The position numbers and the translations under genes are program-made. 64,000 nt of DNA from Macrostomum hystrix. Its lineage: Eukaryota > Animalia > Platyhelminthes. Shown here piece by piece: positions 37,007 through 51,200 of this stretch. How positions within the stretch are numbered: the first letter of the stretch is position 1; the number at the start of each line of letters is the position of its first letter. The stretch is from positions 10,416,001 to 10,480,000 of the forward strand of contig CATNEN010000038.1 in NCBI GenBank assembly GCA_950097015.1. Direction: 5' to 3'. The notes under the pieces are model-generated. The model saw only the letters and a program-made list of their open reading frames with translations, searched no databases and was not told the DNA's origin.

Positions 37007-40000
37007 TCAGAAGTTAGGCATCGGAATAGCTGGCCTGTACTGATCGGATAGTACGTTAAGCAGCACTGACATCACAGTCCATTTGCGATTTTGCGACTCG
37101 GTCCAGACAAGACTGCGTTTGGCATCGTAGAATACTTCGTCAGTAACCTCCTCCTGTTTGCGGGGCAGACAGTGCATGAACACCCAGTGCGGCTTGGCGT
37201 GCGCAACCAGGCTAGAATTCACCTGTTTGAAGTAATTAAATTTAAACAATCTAATTTGTTATTGTGATAATTGCATGTTGTAACATTGCCGACAGTTAAA
37301 GCGTTTGATTGTCTCTTTAGAATCCAGGGTTTCATTGAATAAATGATAGAATATAAGTGACGAAACTTTCTAACATGCTACGACTCAGCAATTTCGAGCC
37401 ACATTGATGTACAGAGCTGGCGGTCAGGGTTTCTAGAGTTTGAGCGGTTAGAGAATAGTTTGAGCAGTTAGAGAATAGTTTGAGCAGTTAGAGAAGAGTT
37501 TGAGCAGTTAGAGAAGAGTCATTATCTACCTGAAATCCTTTAAAGTCTCTTAGCCGGCGCTCCTTATCGGCCTCGCGTCCCATGCTAACGAAGGTGTCGG
37601 TAACAATAACATCGGCGCCTCGGACAGCCTCGGCCGGGTCGCGGGTTAGCACCAGCTGGGTGTTGAATCGACGACAGAGCTCGCGAGCGTCTTGAACTAC
37701 GGCCGGATTTGGATCGTAGCCGGCAGGAGACGCGATGCGAATCTGACAGTTTGGTGACAAGGGGCGGGGAGAACTGAACTGTTGGAAAAGAAACAGCTTG
37801 CAAAGTTGAGCTCTTGAGGATAAAAACCAATGGACCTGAGGCAGGGAAGCGGCTGTCTGAAGTGTCTGAGACAGGGAAGCGGCTGTCTGAAGGATCTGAG
37901 GCAGGGAAGCGGCTGTCTGAAGTGTCTGAGACAGGGAAGCGGCTGTCTGAAGTGTCTGAGGCAGGGAAGCGGCTGTCTGAAGTGTCTGAGACAGGGAAGC
38001 GGCTGTCTGAAGTGTCTGAGATAGGGAAGCGGCTGTCTGAAGTGTCTGAGACAGGGAAGCGGCTGTCTGAAGTGTCTGAGATAGGGAAGCGGCTGTCTGA
38101 AGGATCTGAGACAGGGAAGCGGCTGTCTGAAGTGTCTGAGACAGGGAAGCGGCTGTCTGAAGTGTCTGAGACAGGGAAGCGGCTGTCTGAAGTGTCTGAG
38201 GCAGGGAAGCGGCTGTCTGAAGTGTCTGAGACAGGGAAGCGGCTGTCTGAAGTGTCTGAGATAGGGAAGCGGCTGTCTGAAGTGTCTGAGACAGAAAAGC
38301 GGCTGTCTGAAGTGTCTGAGACAGGGAAGCGGCTGTCTGAAGTGTCTGAGACAGGGAAGCGGCTGTCTGAAGTGTCTGAGATAGGGAAGCGGCTGTCTGA
38401 AGTGTCTGAGGCAGGGAAGCGGCTGTCTGAAGTGTCTGAGACAGGGAAGCGGCTGTCTGAAGGATCTGAGGCAGGGAAGCGGCTGTCTGAAGTGTCTGAG
38501 ACAGGGAAGCGGCTGTCTGAAGTGTCTGAGGCAGGGAAGCGGCTGTCTGAAGTGTCTGAGACAGGGAAGCGGCTGTCTGAAGTGTCTGAGATAGGGAAGC
38601 GGCTGTCTGAAGTGTCTGAGACAGGGAAGCGGCTGTCTGAAGTGTCTGAGATAGGGAAGCGGCTGTCTGAAGGATCTGAGACAGGGAAGCGGCTGTCTGA
38701 AGTGTCTGAGACAGGGAAGCGGCTGTCTGAAGTGTCTGAGACAGGGAAGCGGCTGTCTGAAGTGTCTGAGGCAGGGAAGCGGCTGTCTGAAGTGTCTGAG
38801 ACAGGGAAGCGGCTGTCTGAAGTGTCTGAGATAGGGAAGCGGCTGTCTGAAGTGTCTGAGACAGAAAAGCGGCTGTCTGAAGTGTCTGAGACAGGGAAGC
38901 GGCTGTCTGAAGTGTCTGAGACAGGGAAGCGGCTGTCTGAAGTGTCTGAGACAGGGAAGCGGCTGTCTGAAGTGTCTGAGATAGGGAAGCGGCTGTCTGA
39001 AGTGTCTGAGACAGAAAAGCGGCTGTCTGAAGTGTCTGAGACAGGGAAGCGGCTGTCTGAAGTGTCTGAGACAGGGAAGCGGCTGTCTGAAGTGTCTGAG
39101 ATAGGGAAGCGGCTGTCTGAAGTGTCTGAGACAGGGAAGCGGCTGTCTGAAGGATCTGAGACAGGGAAGCGGCTGTCTGAAGTGTCTGAGATAGGGAAGC
39201 GGCTGTCTGAAGTGTCTGAGACAGGGAAGCGGCTGTCTGAAGTGTCTGAGACAGGGAAGCGGCTGTCTGAAGTGTCTGAGACAGGGAAGCGGCTGTCTGA
39301 AGTGTCTGAGACAGGGAAGCGGCTGTCTGAAGTGTCTGAGACAGGGAAGCGGCTGTCTGAAGTGTCTGAGACAGGGAAGCGGCTGTCTGAAGGATCTGAG
39401 GCAGGGAAGCGGCTGTCTGAAGTGTCTGAGACAGGGAAGCGGCTGTCTGAAGTGTCTGAGACAGGGAAGCGGCTGTCTGAAGGATCTGAGGCAGGGAAGC
39501 GGCTGTCTGAAGTGTCTGAGCAGGGAAGCGGCTGTCTGAAGTGTCTGAGACAGGGAAGCGGCTGTCTGAAGTGTCTGAGACAGGGAAGCGGCTGTCTGAA
39601 GTGTCTGAGACAGGGAAGCGGCTGTCTGAAGGATCTGAGGCAGGGAAGCGGCTGTCTGAAGTGTCTGAGACAGGGAAGCGGCTGTCTGAAGTGTCTGAGA
39701 CAGGGAAGCGGCTGTCTGAAGTGTCTGAGACAGGGAAGCGGCTGTCTGAAGTGTCTGAGACAGGGAAGCGGCTGTCTGAAGGATCTGAGACAGGGAAGCG
39801 GCTGTCTGAAGGATCTGAGACAGGGAAGCGGCTGTCTGAAGGATCTGAGACAGGGAAGCGGCTGTCTGAAGTGTCTGAGACAGGGAAGCGGCTGTCTGAA
39901 GGATCTGAGACAGGGAAGCGGCTGTCTGAAGGATCTGAGGCAGGGAAGCGGCTGTCTGAAGTGTCTGAGACAGGGAAGCGGCTGTCTGAAGTGTCTGAGG

Positions 40001-43000
40001 CAGGGAAGCGGCTGTCTGAAGTGTCTGAGACAGGGAAGCGGCTGTCTGAAGTGTCTGAGATAGGGAAGCGGCTGTCTGAAGTGTCTGAGACAGGGAAGCG
40101 GCTGTCTGAAGTGTCTGAGATAGGGAAGCGGCTGTCTGAAGGATCTGAGACAGGGAAGCGGCTGTCTGAAGTGTCTGAGACAGGGAAGCGGCTGTCTGAA
40201 GTGTCTGAGACAGGGAAGCGGCTGTCTGAAGTGTCTGAGGCAGGGAAGCGGCTGTCTGAAGTGTCTGAGACAGGGAAGCGGCTGTCTGAAGTGTCTGAGA
40301 TAGGGAAGCGGCTGTCTGAAGTGTCTGAGACAGAAAAGCGGCTGTCTGAAGTGTCTGAGACAGGGAAGCGGCTGTCTGAAGTGTCTGAGACAGGGAAGCG
40401 GCTGTCTGAAGTGTCTGAGACAGGGAAGCGGCTGTCTGAAGTGTCTGAGATAGGGAAGCGGCTGTCTGAAGTGTCTGAGACAGAAAAGCGGCTGTCTGAA
40501 GTGTCTGAGACAGGGAAGCGGCTGTCTGAAGTGTCTGAGACAGGGAAGCGGCTGTCTGAAGTGTCTGAGATAGGGAAGCGGCTGTCTGAAGTGTCTGAGA
40601 CAGGGAAGCGGCTGTCTGAAGGATCTGAGACAGGGAAGCGGCTGTCTGAAGTGTCTGAGATAGGGAAGCGGCTGTCTGAAGTGTCTGAGACAGGGAAGCG
40701 GCTGTCTGAAGTGTCTGAGACAGGGAAGCGGCTGTCTGAAGTGTCTGAGACAGGGAAGCGGCTGTCTGAAGTGTCTGAGACAGGGAAGCGGCTGTCTGAA
40801 GTGTCTGAGACAGGGAAGCGGCTGTCTGAAGTGTCTGAGACAGGGAAGCGGCTGTCTGAAGTGTCTGAGACAGGGAAGCGGCTGTCTGAAGGATCTGAGA
40901 CAGGGAAGCGGCTGTCTGAAGTGTCTGAGACAGGGAAGCGGCTGTCTGAAGTGTCTGAGACAGGGAAGCGGCTGTCTGAAGTGTCTGAGACAGGGAAGCG
41001 GCTGTCTGAAGGATCTGAGGCAGGGAAGCGGCTGTCTGAAGTGTCTGAGACAGGGAAGCGGCTGTCTGAAGTGTCTGAGACAGGGAAGCGGCTGTCTGAA
41101 GTGTCTGAGACAGGGAAGCGGCTGTCTGAAGTGTCTGAGACAGGGAAGCGGCTGTCTGAAGGATCTGAGACAGGGAAGCGGCTGTCTGAAGGATCTGAGA
41201 CAGGGAAGCGGCTGTCTGAAGGATCTGAGACAGGGAAGCGGCTGTCTGAAGTGTCTGAGACAGGGAAGCGGCTGTCTGAAGTGATCTGAGACAGGGAAGC
41301 GGCTGTCTGAAGGATCTGAGACAGGGAAGCGGCTGTCTGAAGTGTCTGAGACAGGGAAGCGGCTGTCTGAAGTGTCTGAGATAGGGAAGCGGCTGTCTGA
41401 AGTGTCTGAGACAGGGAAGCGGCTGTCTGAAGTGTCTGAGACAGGGAAGCGGCTGTCTGAAGTGTCTGAGACAGGGAAGCGGCTGTCTGAAGTGTCTGAG
41501 ACAGGGAAGCGGCTGTCTGAAGTGTCTGAGACAGGGAAGCGGCTGTCTGAAGTGTCTGAGACAGGGAAGCGGCTGTCTGAAGTGTCTGAGACAGGGAAGC
41601 GGCTGTCTGAAGTGTCTGAGACAGGGAAGCGGCTGTCTGAAGTGTCTGAGGCAGGGAAGCGGCTGTCTGAAGTGTCTGAGACAGGGAAGCGGCTGTCTGA
41701 AGTGTCTGAGATAGGGAAGCGGCTGTCTGAAGTGTCTGAGACAGGGAAGCGGCTGTCTGAAGTGTCTGAGATAGGGAAGCGGCTGTCTGAAGGATCTGAG
41801 ACAGGGAAGCGGCTGTCTGAAGTGTCTGAGACAGGGAAGCGGCTGTCTGAAGTGTCTGAGACAGGGAAGCGGCTGTCTGAAGTGTCTGAGGCAGGGAAGC
41901 GGCTGTCTGAAGTGTCTGAGACAGGGAAGCGGCTGTCTGAAGTGTCTGAGATAGGGAAGCGGCTGTCTGAAGTGTCTGAGACAGGGAAGCGGCTGTCTGA
42001 AGTGTCTGAGACAGGGAAGCGGCTGTCTGAAGTGTCTGAGACAGGGAAGCGGCTGTCTGAAGTGTCTGAGACAGGGAAGCGGCTGTCTGAAGTGTCTGAG
42101 ACAGGGAAGCGGCTGTCTGAAGTGTCTGAGACAGGGAAGCGGCTGTCTGAAGTGTCTGAGACAGGGAAGCGGCTGTCTGAAGTGTCTGAGACAGGGAAGC
42201 GGCTGTCTGAAGTGTCTGAGACAGGGAAGCGGCTGTCTGAAGTGTCTGAGACAGGGAAGCGGCTGTCTGAAGTGTCTGAGGCAGGGAAGCGGCTGTCTGA
42301 AGTGTCTGAGATAGGGAAGCGGCTGTCTGAAGGATCTGAGACAGGGAAGCGGCTGTCTGAAGTGTCTGAGACAGGGAAGCGGCTGTCTGAAGTGTCTGAG
42401 ACAGGGAAGCGGCTGTCTGAAGGATCTGAGACAGGGAAGCGGCTGTCTGAAGTGTCTGAGACAGGGAAGCGGCTGTCTGAAGTGTCTGAGATAGGGAAGC
42501 GGCTGTCTGAAGTGTCTGAGGCAGGGAAGCGGCTGTCTGAAGTGTCTGAGACAGGGAAGCGGCTGTCTGAAGTGTCTGAGACAGGGAAGCGGCTGTCTGA
42601 AGTGTCTGAGATAGGGAAGCGGCTGTCTGAAGTGTCTGAGGCAGGGAAGCGGCTGTCTGAAGTGTCTGAGACAGGGAAGCGGCTGTCTGAAGGATCTGAG
42701 ACAGGGAAGCGGCTGTCTGAAGTGTCTGAGATAGGGAAGCGGCTGTCTGAAGTGTCTGAGACAGGGAAGCGGCTGTCTGAAGTGTCTGAGACAGGGAAGC
42801 GGCTGTCTGAAGTGTCTGAGACAGGGAAGCGGCTGTCTGAAGTGTCTGAGGCAGGGAAGCGGCTGTCTGAAGTGTCTGAGACAGGGAAGCGGCTGTCTGA
42901 AGTGTCTGAGATAGGGAAGCGGCTGTCTGAAGTGTCTGAGACAGAAAAGCGGCTGTCTGAAGTGTCTGAGACAGGGAAGCGGCTGTCTGAAGTGTCTGAG

Positions 43001-44246
43001 ACAGGGAAGCGGCTGTCTGAAGTGTCTGAGACAGGGAAGCGGCTGGCATAGCCGGGACTGGCACAGTTTAGGCTGAGCAGTGAACTCACAGACATGCCCA
43101 GTTTGGGGCAGCCCATCATGAAGGAATGTGTCATGTTGTTGTCACCGTCGCCAACGAAAGCCCAGACCAGGTCTTTTAAATAGCCGAAATTTTCGTAGGC
43201 GGTTAAGAAGTCGGCCAGCACCTGCAGCGGGTGGTACATATCCGACAGGCCGTTCACAATGGGCACACTCGAGTGCTCAGATAGGGTCACCTGGAAGTCG
43301 AAATCGGAAAAAAGTATTTATCAATAAGAAAATCAGGCTAACATATTAAATAATGATTTAAGAATCCAAAACAAGCTAAAGGAAGTTGATTGGCATAGCG
43401 GACTAACTCGATTCCACGGCGAGGCCACATTCATTTGGGGCGCAGCCGCGGAGAGAAGGCTTGAGGGCTTGTCGTGCAATTTACGCCCTTGAGGGCCAAC
43501 CTCCAAGGCACAGTGAAAGTGTACACTGCCTGACGATGAGAAAGTCAGGGCAGATGTACACACCTGTGTGAGCGTGTGCCTGCGTACGGTATCTGTGTGT
43601 GTGTGTACTAAGGAGTCAGCGGAATGGGCAGAATTGCCTCTAGTGTCACCAAATGATGTGCCATTGCCTGCATTCATCCACCCGAAAACCTAAAACTAAA
43701 AACTCACGAAAGCGAAACGCGAATTCTCGCAAAAGTAAAATATAAAATACTCACTACTGTTCAAAGCAAACTCACCAGTGAGTCGTGTCCGTAGACCCTG
43801 GCCAATACGGCATCACAGAAGCCGGACAGAACATGAGCAGTGTCTGGAAGGGACTCATTAGTGCCCAGGTGGACATCCTGCGGACTAAGGAACACAGCTT
43901 GTCCGCCAAGCAGACAGAATCCAGTCTCCGTGCTAACCCTAGTCCTAGTACTCCGCTTCTCAAAGATCATGCCTAGAGAGTGACCAGCCAACGGTTGATA
44001 GCTAGTCAAACGATCCTTAGCGTAGCGAGATTTCAAATCGGCGGCAGTCCACAGCAGTTGACAAATCTCAGCTTCCTTGTAGTCGCGCAGTGTAAGAAAA
44101 TGGCGGCCTTTTAAACTGCGCCAATCGCCCTGACCAGACGATGATGCCGACGAAGAGGCCAAACGATTGGCTGCCACAGTCAGGATGGGCTGACATGAGC
44201 CGGGTGTTTGACGAAAAATTTTTGTGAACAGCTGCACTGCTGACAT
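37007..44246 (-). CDS. OTC: Ornithine carbamoyltransferase, mitochondrial precursor, 4 exons, ~366 aa
   Basis: Exons 44246-43776, 43290-43090, 37742-37530, 37222-37007. Presequence; [40 protein letters not shown] and NRKW. Confidence 0.96.
37836..43045. repeat. 5.2-kb 30-bp minisatellite (GGCTGTCTGAAGTGTCTGAGACAGGGAAGC)n in OTC intron 2
   Basis: Very homogeneous array of about 170 units with recurring variant blocks; explains the 1858-aa and 1901-aa ORFs. Confidence 0.97.
43405..43672 (+). mobile_element. SINE family B, 5'-truncated, in OTC intron 1
   Basis: Near-identical to 22900-23180. Confidence 0.85.
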
Positions 44247-44449
44247 CTTGTTAATGAATGTGTTTATTGGCGGACTGGCTAACCTGCAACAAATCAAAGT
44301 TATCATCGGTGTTAAAACCAGTAGGTTTATATTTATACATTTACAAAATAATTGCACGTTACTTTTTTTACTAGCACTTATGCTAGTCTGAGAGAGAGTG
44401 AGAAAAAATAGAACAAGCTCAATCAATTAGGTTATTACATAACCTTTGG

Positions 44450-45570
44450 GTTCTGTTACCTTATCCTGATTATGTCACCTGTTACCTTAGTCTGTTCCTG
44501 ATTATGTCACCTGTTACCTTAGTCTGTTCCTGATTATGTCACCTGTTACCTTAGTCAGTTCCTGATTATGTCACCTGTTACCTTAGTCCGTTCCTGATTA
44601 TGTCACCTGTTACCTTAGTCTGTTCCTGATTATGTCACCTGTTACCTGATTTTGCTACGTCTGTTCCTGATTTTGCTAGCTGTTGTTACCTTAGTCTGTT
44701 CCTGATTATGTCACCTGTTACCTGATTTTGCTAGCTGTTGCTACCTTAGTCTGTTCCAGATTTTGCTGTTGCTACCTTAGTCTGTTCCAGATTTTGCTGT
44801 TGCTACCTTAGTCTGTTCCTGATTTTGCTACCTGTTGCTACCTTAGTCTGTTCCTGATTTTGCTACCTGTTGCTACCTTAGTCTGTTCCTGATTTTGCTA
44901 CCTGTTGTTACCTTAGTCTGTTCCTGATTTTGCTACCTGTTGTTACCTTAGTCTGTTCCTGATTTTGCTAGCTGTTGTTACCTTAGTCTGTTCCTGATTT
45001 TGCTAGCTGTTGTTACCTTAGTCTGTTCCTGATTTTGCTAGCTGTTGTTACCTTAGTCTGTTCCTGATTTTGCTACCTGTTGCTACCTTAGTCTGTTCCT
45101 GATTTTGCTACCTGTTGCTACCTTAGTCTGTTCCTGATTTTGCTAGCTGTTGTTACCTTAGTCTGTTACTGATTTTGCTAGCTGTTGTTACCTTAGTCTG
45201 TTCCTGATTTTGCTACCTGTTGCTACCTTAGTCTGTTCCTGATTTTGCTACCTGTTGCTACCTTAGTCTGTTCCTGATTTTGCTACCTGTTGTTACCTTA
45301 GTCTGTTCCTGATTTTGCTAGCTGTTGTTACCTTAGTCTGTTCCTGATTTTGCTAGCTGTTGTTACCTTAGTCTGTTCCTGATTTTGCTAGCTGTTGTTA
45401 CCTTAGTCTGTTCCTGATTTTGCTAGCTGTTGTTACCTTAGTCTGTTCCTGATTTTGCTGTTGCTACCTTAGTCTGTTCATGATTTTGCTACCTGTTGTT
45501 ACCTTAGTCTGTTCATGATTTTGCTACCTGTTGCTACCTTAGTCTGTTCCTGATTTTGTCACCTGTTATC
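44450..45570. repeat. 32-35-bp minisatellite (CCTTAGTCTGTTCCTGATTTTGCTACCTGTTGCTA)n upstream of OTC
   Basis: Tandem copies seen directly. Confidence 0.92.
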
Positions 45571-46401
45571 TTATTAAAAAATCCTGTAGTTAGCAGGTGC
45601 TTTAAAAGAAAACAAAAAAACTGTTAAAATAGCAGAACATTATCAGCATTTACAGAGTCTTTATGATACCCGTACGAGCTACTATACTCTAGTGCAATTT
45701 GATGCCATAGGTAATATGAGAGATAATAAATTAGTAAACGACTATTATCCACATTGATTGAATCGGACATAGTTGCATAAAAAAGCAGACAATGAATCGA
45801 ACAACAGTTGAATACTCATCGGAGATAATCAAAATAAAAGTGCAGAAAGGCAACATTATCTGAATAAATAATTTGGCACAACTGTCACCAAGTTAGTTTA
45901 TTAGAATTTTAAGATTTGATATTTATGGCAATTGAATAAAACAAAAATATAACTTGATTGATTAATCAGAGCAAATCAAAGATAGTTCGTCATCTAATAT
46001 GGTAATAAAACTAACTATTTATGTACAGAGCAACATGTTTTTATTAATATTAGAAAATCGACATTCTTGAGTTAACAAAGAAAAGCTGGACGATTGCTAA
46101 CAAAATCGAATCTGTGCTGGATTGCAAAACACAGCAGAATAAAACTGAGGCAATCAACTCCATATTTAACCAGTAGACTAATGAACATTAGCCAAATGAA
46201 TTAGGTACTTCTACTTACAGAGTAATGCTGAATTTATTGGAATATTCATCACAATATGATTGTTTATGAAAATGGTAATCACAAAAGCACCACATTTCTT
46301 GAAGTTGACAACAGCCAGAACAACAGTTTTTTATTCTAAACAATAAAACAGTTCTGTAGACTTTTAGAGGGAGAATCAGGGAGATTAACTTATTGATAAC
46401 A

Positions 46402-48106
46402 CTTTTGAGGATCTGGGAGACTGATCAAATGATTTTGATGATCTGGGAGACTGATCAAATGATTTTGAGGATCTGGGAGACTGCTCAAATGATTTTGATG
46501 ATCTGGGAGACTGCTCAAATGATTTTGAGGATCTGGGAGACTGATCAAATGATTTTGAGGATCTGGGAGACTGCTCAAATGATTTTGAGGATCTGGGAGA
46601 CTGCTCAAATGATTTTGAGGATCTGGGAGACTGATCAAATGATTTTGAGGATCTGGGAGACTGCTCAAATGATTTTGAGGATCTGGGAGACTGCTCAAAT
46701 GATTTTGAGGATCTGGGAGACTGATCAAATGATTTTGAGGATCTGGGAGACTGCTCAAATGATTTTGAGGATCTGGGAGACTGATCAAATGATTTTGAGG
46801 ATCTGGGAGACTGCTCAAATGATTTTGAGGATCTGGGAGACTGCTCAAATGATTTGGAGGATCTGGGAGACTGACCAAATGATTTTGAGGATCTGGGAGA
46901 CTGCTCAAATGATTTTGAGGATCTGAGAGACTGCTCAAATGATTTTGAGGATCTGGGAGACTGCTCAAATGATTTTGAGGATCTGAGAGACTGCTCAAAT
47001 GATTTTGAGGATCTGGGAGACTGCTCAAATGATTTTGAGGATCTGGGAGACTGATCAAATGATTTTGAGGATCTGGGAGACTGATCAAATGATTTTGAGG
47101 ATCTGGGAGACTGATCAAATGATTTTGAGGATCTGGGAGACTGCTCAAATGATTTTGAGGATCTGGGAGACTGCTCAAATGATTTTGAGGATCTGGGAGA
47201 CTGATCAAATGATTTTGAGGATCTGGGAGACTGCTCAAATAATTTTGAGGATCTGGGAGACTGCTCAAATGATTTTGAGGATCTGGGAGACTAATCAAAT
47301 GATTTTGAGGATCTGGGAGACTGCTCAAATGATTTTGAGGATCTGGGAGACTGCTCAAATGATTTTGAGGATCTGGGAGACTGATCAAATGATTTTGAGG
47401 ATCTGGGAGACTGCTCAAATGATTTTGATGATCTGGGAGACTGATCAAATGATTTTGAGGATCTGGGAGACTGATCAAATGATTTTGAGGATCTGGGAGA
47501 CTGATCAAATGATTTTGAGGATCTGGGAGACTGCTCAAATGATTTTGATGATCTGGGAGACTGCTCAAATGATTTTGAGGATCTGGGAGACTGCTCAAAT
47601 GATTTTGATGATCTGGGAGACTGCTCTCATGATTTTGAGGATCTGGGAGACTGCTCAAATGATTTTGATGATCTGGGAGACTGATCAAATGATTTTGAGG
47701 ATCTGGGAGACTGCTCAAATGATTTTGAGGATCTGGGAGACTAATCAAATGATTTTGAGGATCTGGGAGACTGATCAAATGATTTTGATGATCTGGGAGA
47801 CTGCTCTCATGATTTTGAGGATCTGGGAGACTGCTCAAATGATTTTGATGATCTGGGAGACTGCTCTCATGATTTTGAGGATCTGGGAGACTGCTCAAAT
47901 GATTTTGAGGATCTGGGAGACTAATCAAATGATTTTGAGGATCTGGGAGACTGCTCAAATGATTTTGAGGATCTGGGAGACTGCTCAAATGATTTTGAGG
48001 ATTTGGGAGACTGCTCAAATGATTTTGAGGATCTGGGAGACTAATCAAATGATTTTGAGGATCTGGGAGACTGCTCAAATGATTTTGATGATCTGGGAGA
48101 CTGATC
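46402..48106. repeat. 30-bp minisatellite (GATTTTGAGGATCTGGGAGACTGCTCAAAT)n just 3' of VPS39
   Basis: Tandem copies seen directly. Confidence 0.95.
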
Positions 48107-48205
48107 TCTTAATTATTTAATCCGTTTCGGTAATCGCCAAGGAACCGAGAGTTGCATAGAATGAAAAGTGCATATTGTTAAAATACTGAAAGATTGACAG
48201 CAGAA

Positions 48206-51200
48206 TCAGTTAGCCTGCCCGTTTTCGCCGATGCCGCTTAATTGATTTCTCATAGTGCTCATGCAGCCGTAGTGGGTCACCTGTCTAGAAGGAAATCTGG
48301 CGAAGGCGCTAGCACCGATGCGGTTGTTGCAGACGCTGCACCGGGTGCCCTCCTCGATGGCGACGCGGCCGGAGCGGACCCGGGCGAAAGCGGCCGCCGT
48401 CTGCAGCCGCTCGGCGTCGTACAGACCTCGGCGAGATTGCAACAGTCGCTTGTCGGCCTCCAGCTGTTGCAGGGCGGCAATGAGATAGCCAGCTAGGTCT
48501 GACAGAGCTATGCCAGCCGGCAGCAATGGCAGTACGCGAACTGGCGGTATGTGGCCTGGCCGGCGCTTCAACAGTTGCAGGGCGCGCTGGGTCATTGGGG
48601 CTGGACTGCGCTGCACCTGGGGGTGGGGGGAGTAATTGTGGGTTGCTGAGCAGTAACATTCGCGTCTCTAAATTCGGCAATGCAGTCCTTTGTATACATT
48701 AAGTAACTGCATGTCACACCTGCACATCCCAAACCCCCAGTTTCTGCGATCTCTCTAATATTTAAACACTTTTATCCCAAACAGCACTTTCAAAAAGAAT
48801 CCCTGCATCCCTACATTCCGATCCCCTACGAAAGGGGGGTGATTGCTCCCTCCCAGATTATTTTTTTCGGCATCCCAACGGAGCAACTCAAGAACTTTTT
48901 GTTGCACTTTTTCTGAAACAAGAATCAAGGCGTCAGCTCTTCAGACCGTCGAGATATTCAATGGTTGTGGCCCAAGGTTAGATTTTCCCATAAGCGCAAG
49001 TGTATGCCCTATACACAAATAAGCACCTGCGTCTCGGTGCGGCCTTGCCAGGCCTTCAAAATTGATCAGCATGTCACCCAAATGTGCCTGCATCATCTCC
49101 ATCTTCGGTGGTCACCTACCTTTATCTAGACGGACTGCTGGACCTTCAAGGGCTACAACAGGCGGAACTAGGCTACTATGGACACCCTGACGCGAATTTC
49201 TCTAATTTCAAGCCCAAATATTAGGCGCAGCTTAACCACAGGACACCATCGCCTAGTCTGTCAACCAGTCACCACGAGTTAGCAGTCGGGCGCTGCCAAA
49301 AAAATTCTTTCTAGAAGGAAGAAATCCCCCCTGGTATAAAACGGGCGGTAGCCCAACTGTTAAAGAATTGCCGCATCGTTACATTTCGATCCCTTCAGTT
49401 AAAAAAATGCCCAAATCTCTTCATCTCGAACCTGCAGTTTGTAAGCCTCAGCAGGCGCAGGCGACAGCAGTGCTTTAATCAACTGTCCGTAGACTTCGCT
49501 CTCGTCAACCTTGGGCAAGCCAGACTTAAGAATGTCTTCAGCTAAAGCTTCGGCCTTCTCAGGCGCGCCCAGGTACTGCGCCAAGATGGTGAAGGCCAGC
49601 TCGTACTGGCCCAGCCTACTAACTAGCAGGGCCCGCTCCTCCAGCATGTCATTGTTGGGATAGCGAGCCAGCAGTTGCTGGGCATTGTAGTGCCTCGAAC
49701 TGCGCAGGAATGCCAACAGGCGAGACCTGGCACCGGCCGCGGCAACAGGAGAGCTCTGCTGTTCAAGCCGCACGCGGTATTGATTCGCCAGGCGGGTATG
49801 AAGGGTCTCGCTAGTGTCCGGCGGATTGCAGTGCAATACGCAGTGCTCAAGGTAGTCAATGAGCAGGTGTGGCGCGTTCAGCTCCAAGAAGTTGGCTACG
49901 TCCAGTCTTGACAGAGCCTTGTCTCCTTCGACTTGGCTCTCGGTGAAGATTCGGAGGCCCTCTTTAGCGTCACGCTCGATAATCCAGCGACTGAATCGAA
50001 AGATAAGATCCTGATGGGCAGCACCCAGCTCCTGCGTTACGATGGGATGATAGTAATAATAGTAATTAATTGCACGATTATTACGACTTATAATAACAAA
50101 TTTCTCATCGTCGGGCAGTTTACAATGTCACTGTGCCTTGAAGGTTTGCCCCTTAAGGGCGCAAATTGCACAACAATTCCCTAAGCCTTCTCTCCGCAGC
50201 TGCGCCTCGAATGAATGTGGCCTCGCCGCGGAATCGAGCTCAGTGACCTTATAGTGCAAACGCTTAGTGCAAACCGCTCTGCCAATCACAATAGGACTAT
50301 AGCAGAGAAACTGCAGTGCACATAAACCCTAATGTACTGAATAGGAAAGTTCAAATCAACTTTATCATGATTCTAATAATAGCCTTAAATCCCATCCGAC
50401 TACTCGTAGATCCCAATGGCCCTAAATCCCATCCGACTAGATCCCAGTCGCCCTAAATCCTATCTGACTAGATCCTAATCGCCCTAAATCCCATCCGAGT
50501 AGATCCCAATGGCCCTAAATCCCATCCGAATAGATCCCAATGGCCTAAATCCCATCCAACTAGATCCCACTCGCCCTAAATCCTATCTGACTAGATCCCA
50601 ATCCCATCCGACTAGATCCCAAGGGCCCTAAATCCCATCCCAATGGCCCTAAATCCGATCTGACTAGATCCCAATGACCCTAAATCCAATCTGACTAGAC
50701 CCAATGGCCCTAAATCCCATCTGACTAGATCCCAATCCCACCCGACTAGATCCCAACGGCCCTAAATCCCAATGGCCCTAAATCCCATCCGACTAGATGC
50801 CAACAGGTCTAAAGCCAAGGCTGACTACATTTCAGTAATTTTAAATCCTATCCGAGGAACGTACTAGAGCACAGACTTACCTGCAGATACGCAATGCTGT
50901 GCTCTAAACTAGAAATCTGCGACCCAGGCTGCTGATAGTGCTCCATCAGTAGTTTGAGACTAGACTCATGGTCGCCATTGTTTTTGTAGAGCAGCAGCAG
51001 GCTAGGCCACATTCGCTTGAGTTTCAGGCTTGCCTCGGCCTCTTTCAGGTGACAATAATTCTCCGATCTCAACAGGGAAGGCACCAGGGCCGGATTGCTC
51101 TCCAGGTAACATTTGAGCAGTGAGGTGTCAACTAACTGGCGAAGCTTGTCCAAATCTACGGAGACTACCTGTGGAAGGGTGAGTGCGACTGCTGCTACGA

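Noticed and set aside
37488-43290. 1858-aa and 1901-aa ORFs that look like OTC-repeat fusion proteins
   Set aside because: They are read-through of a stop-free 30-bp array. Canonical GT (43089) and AG (37743) remove it to give a normal OTC. The intron is 5347 nt, not a multiple of 3, so retention would frameshift.
46390-48120. LRR-like (LSSLPDPQNH)n ORF
   Set aside because: A 30-bp minisatellite with no ATG start or unique domain; it is open on both strands.
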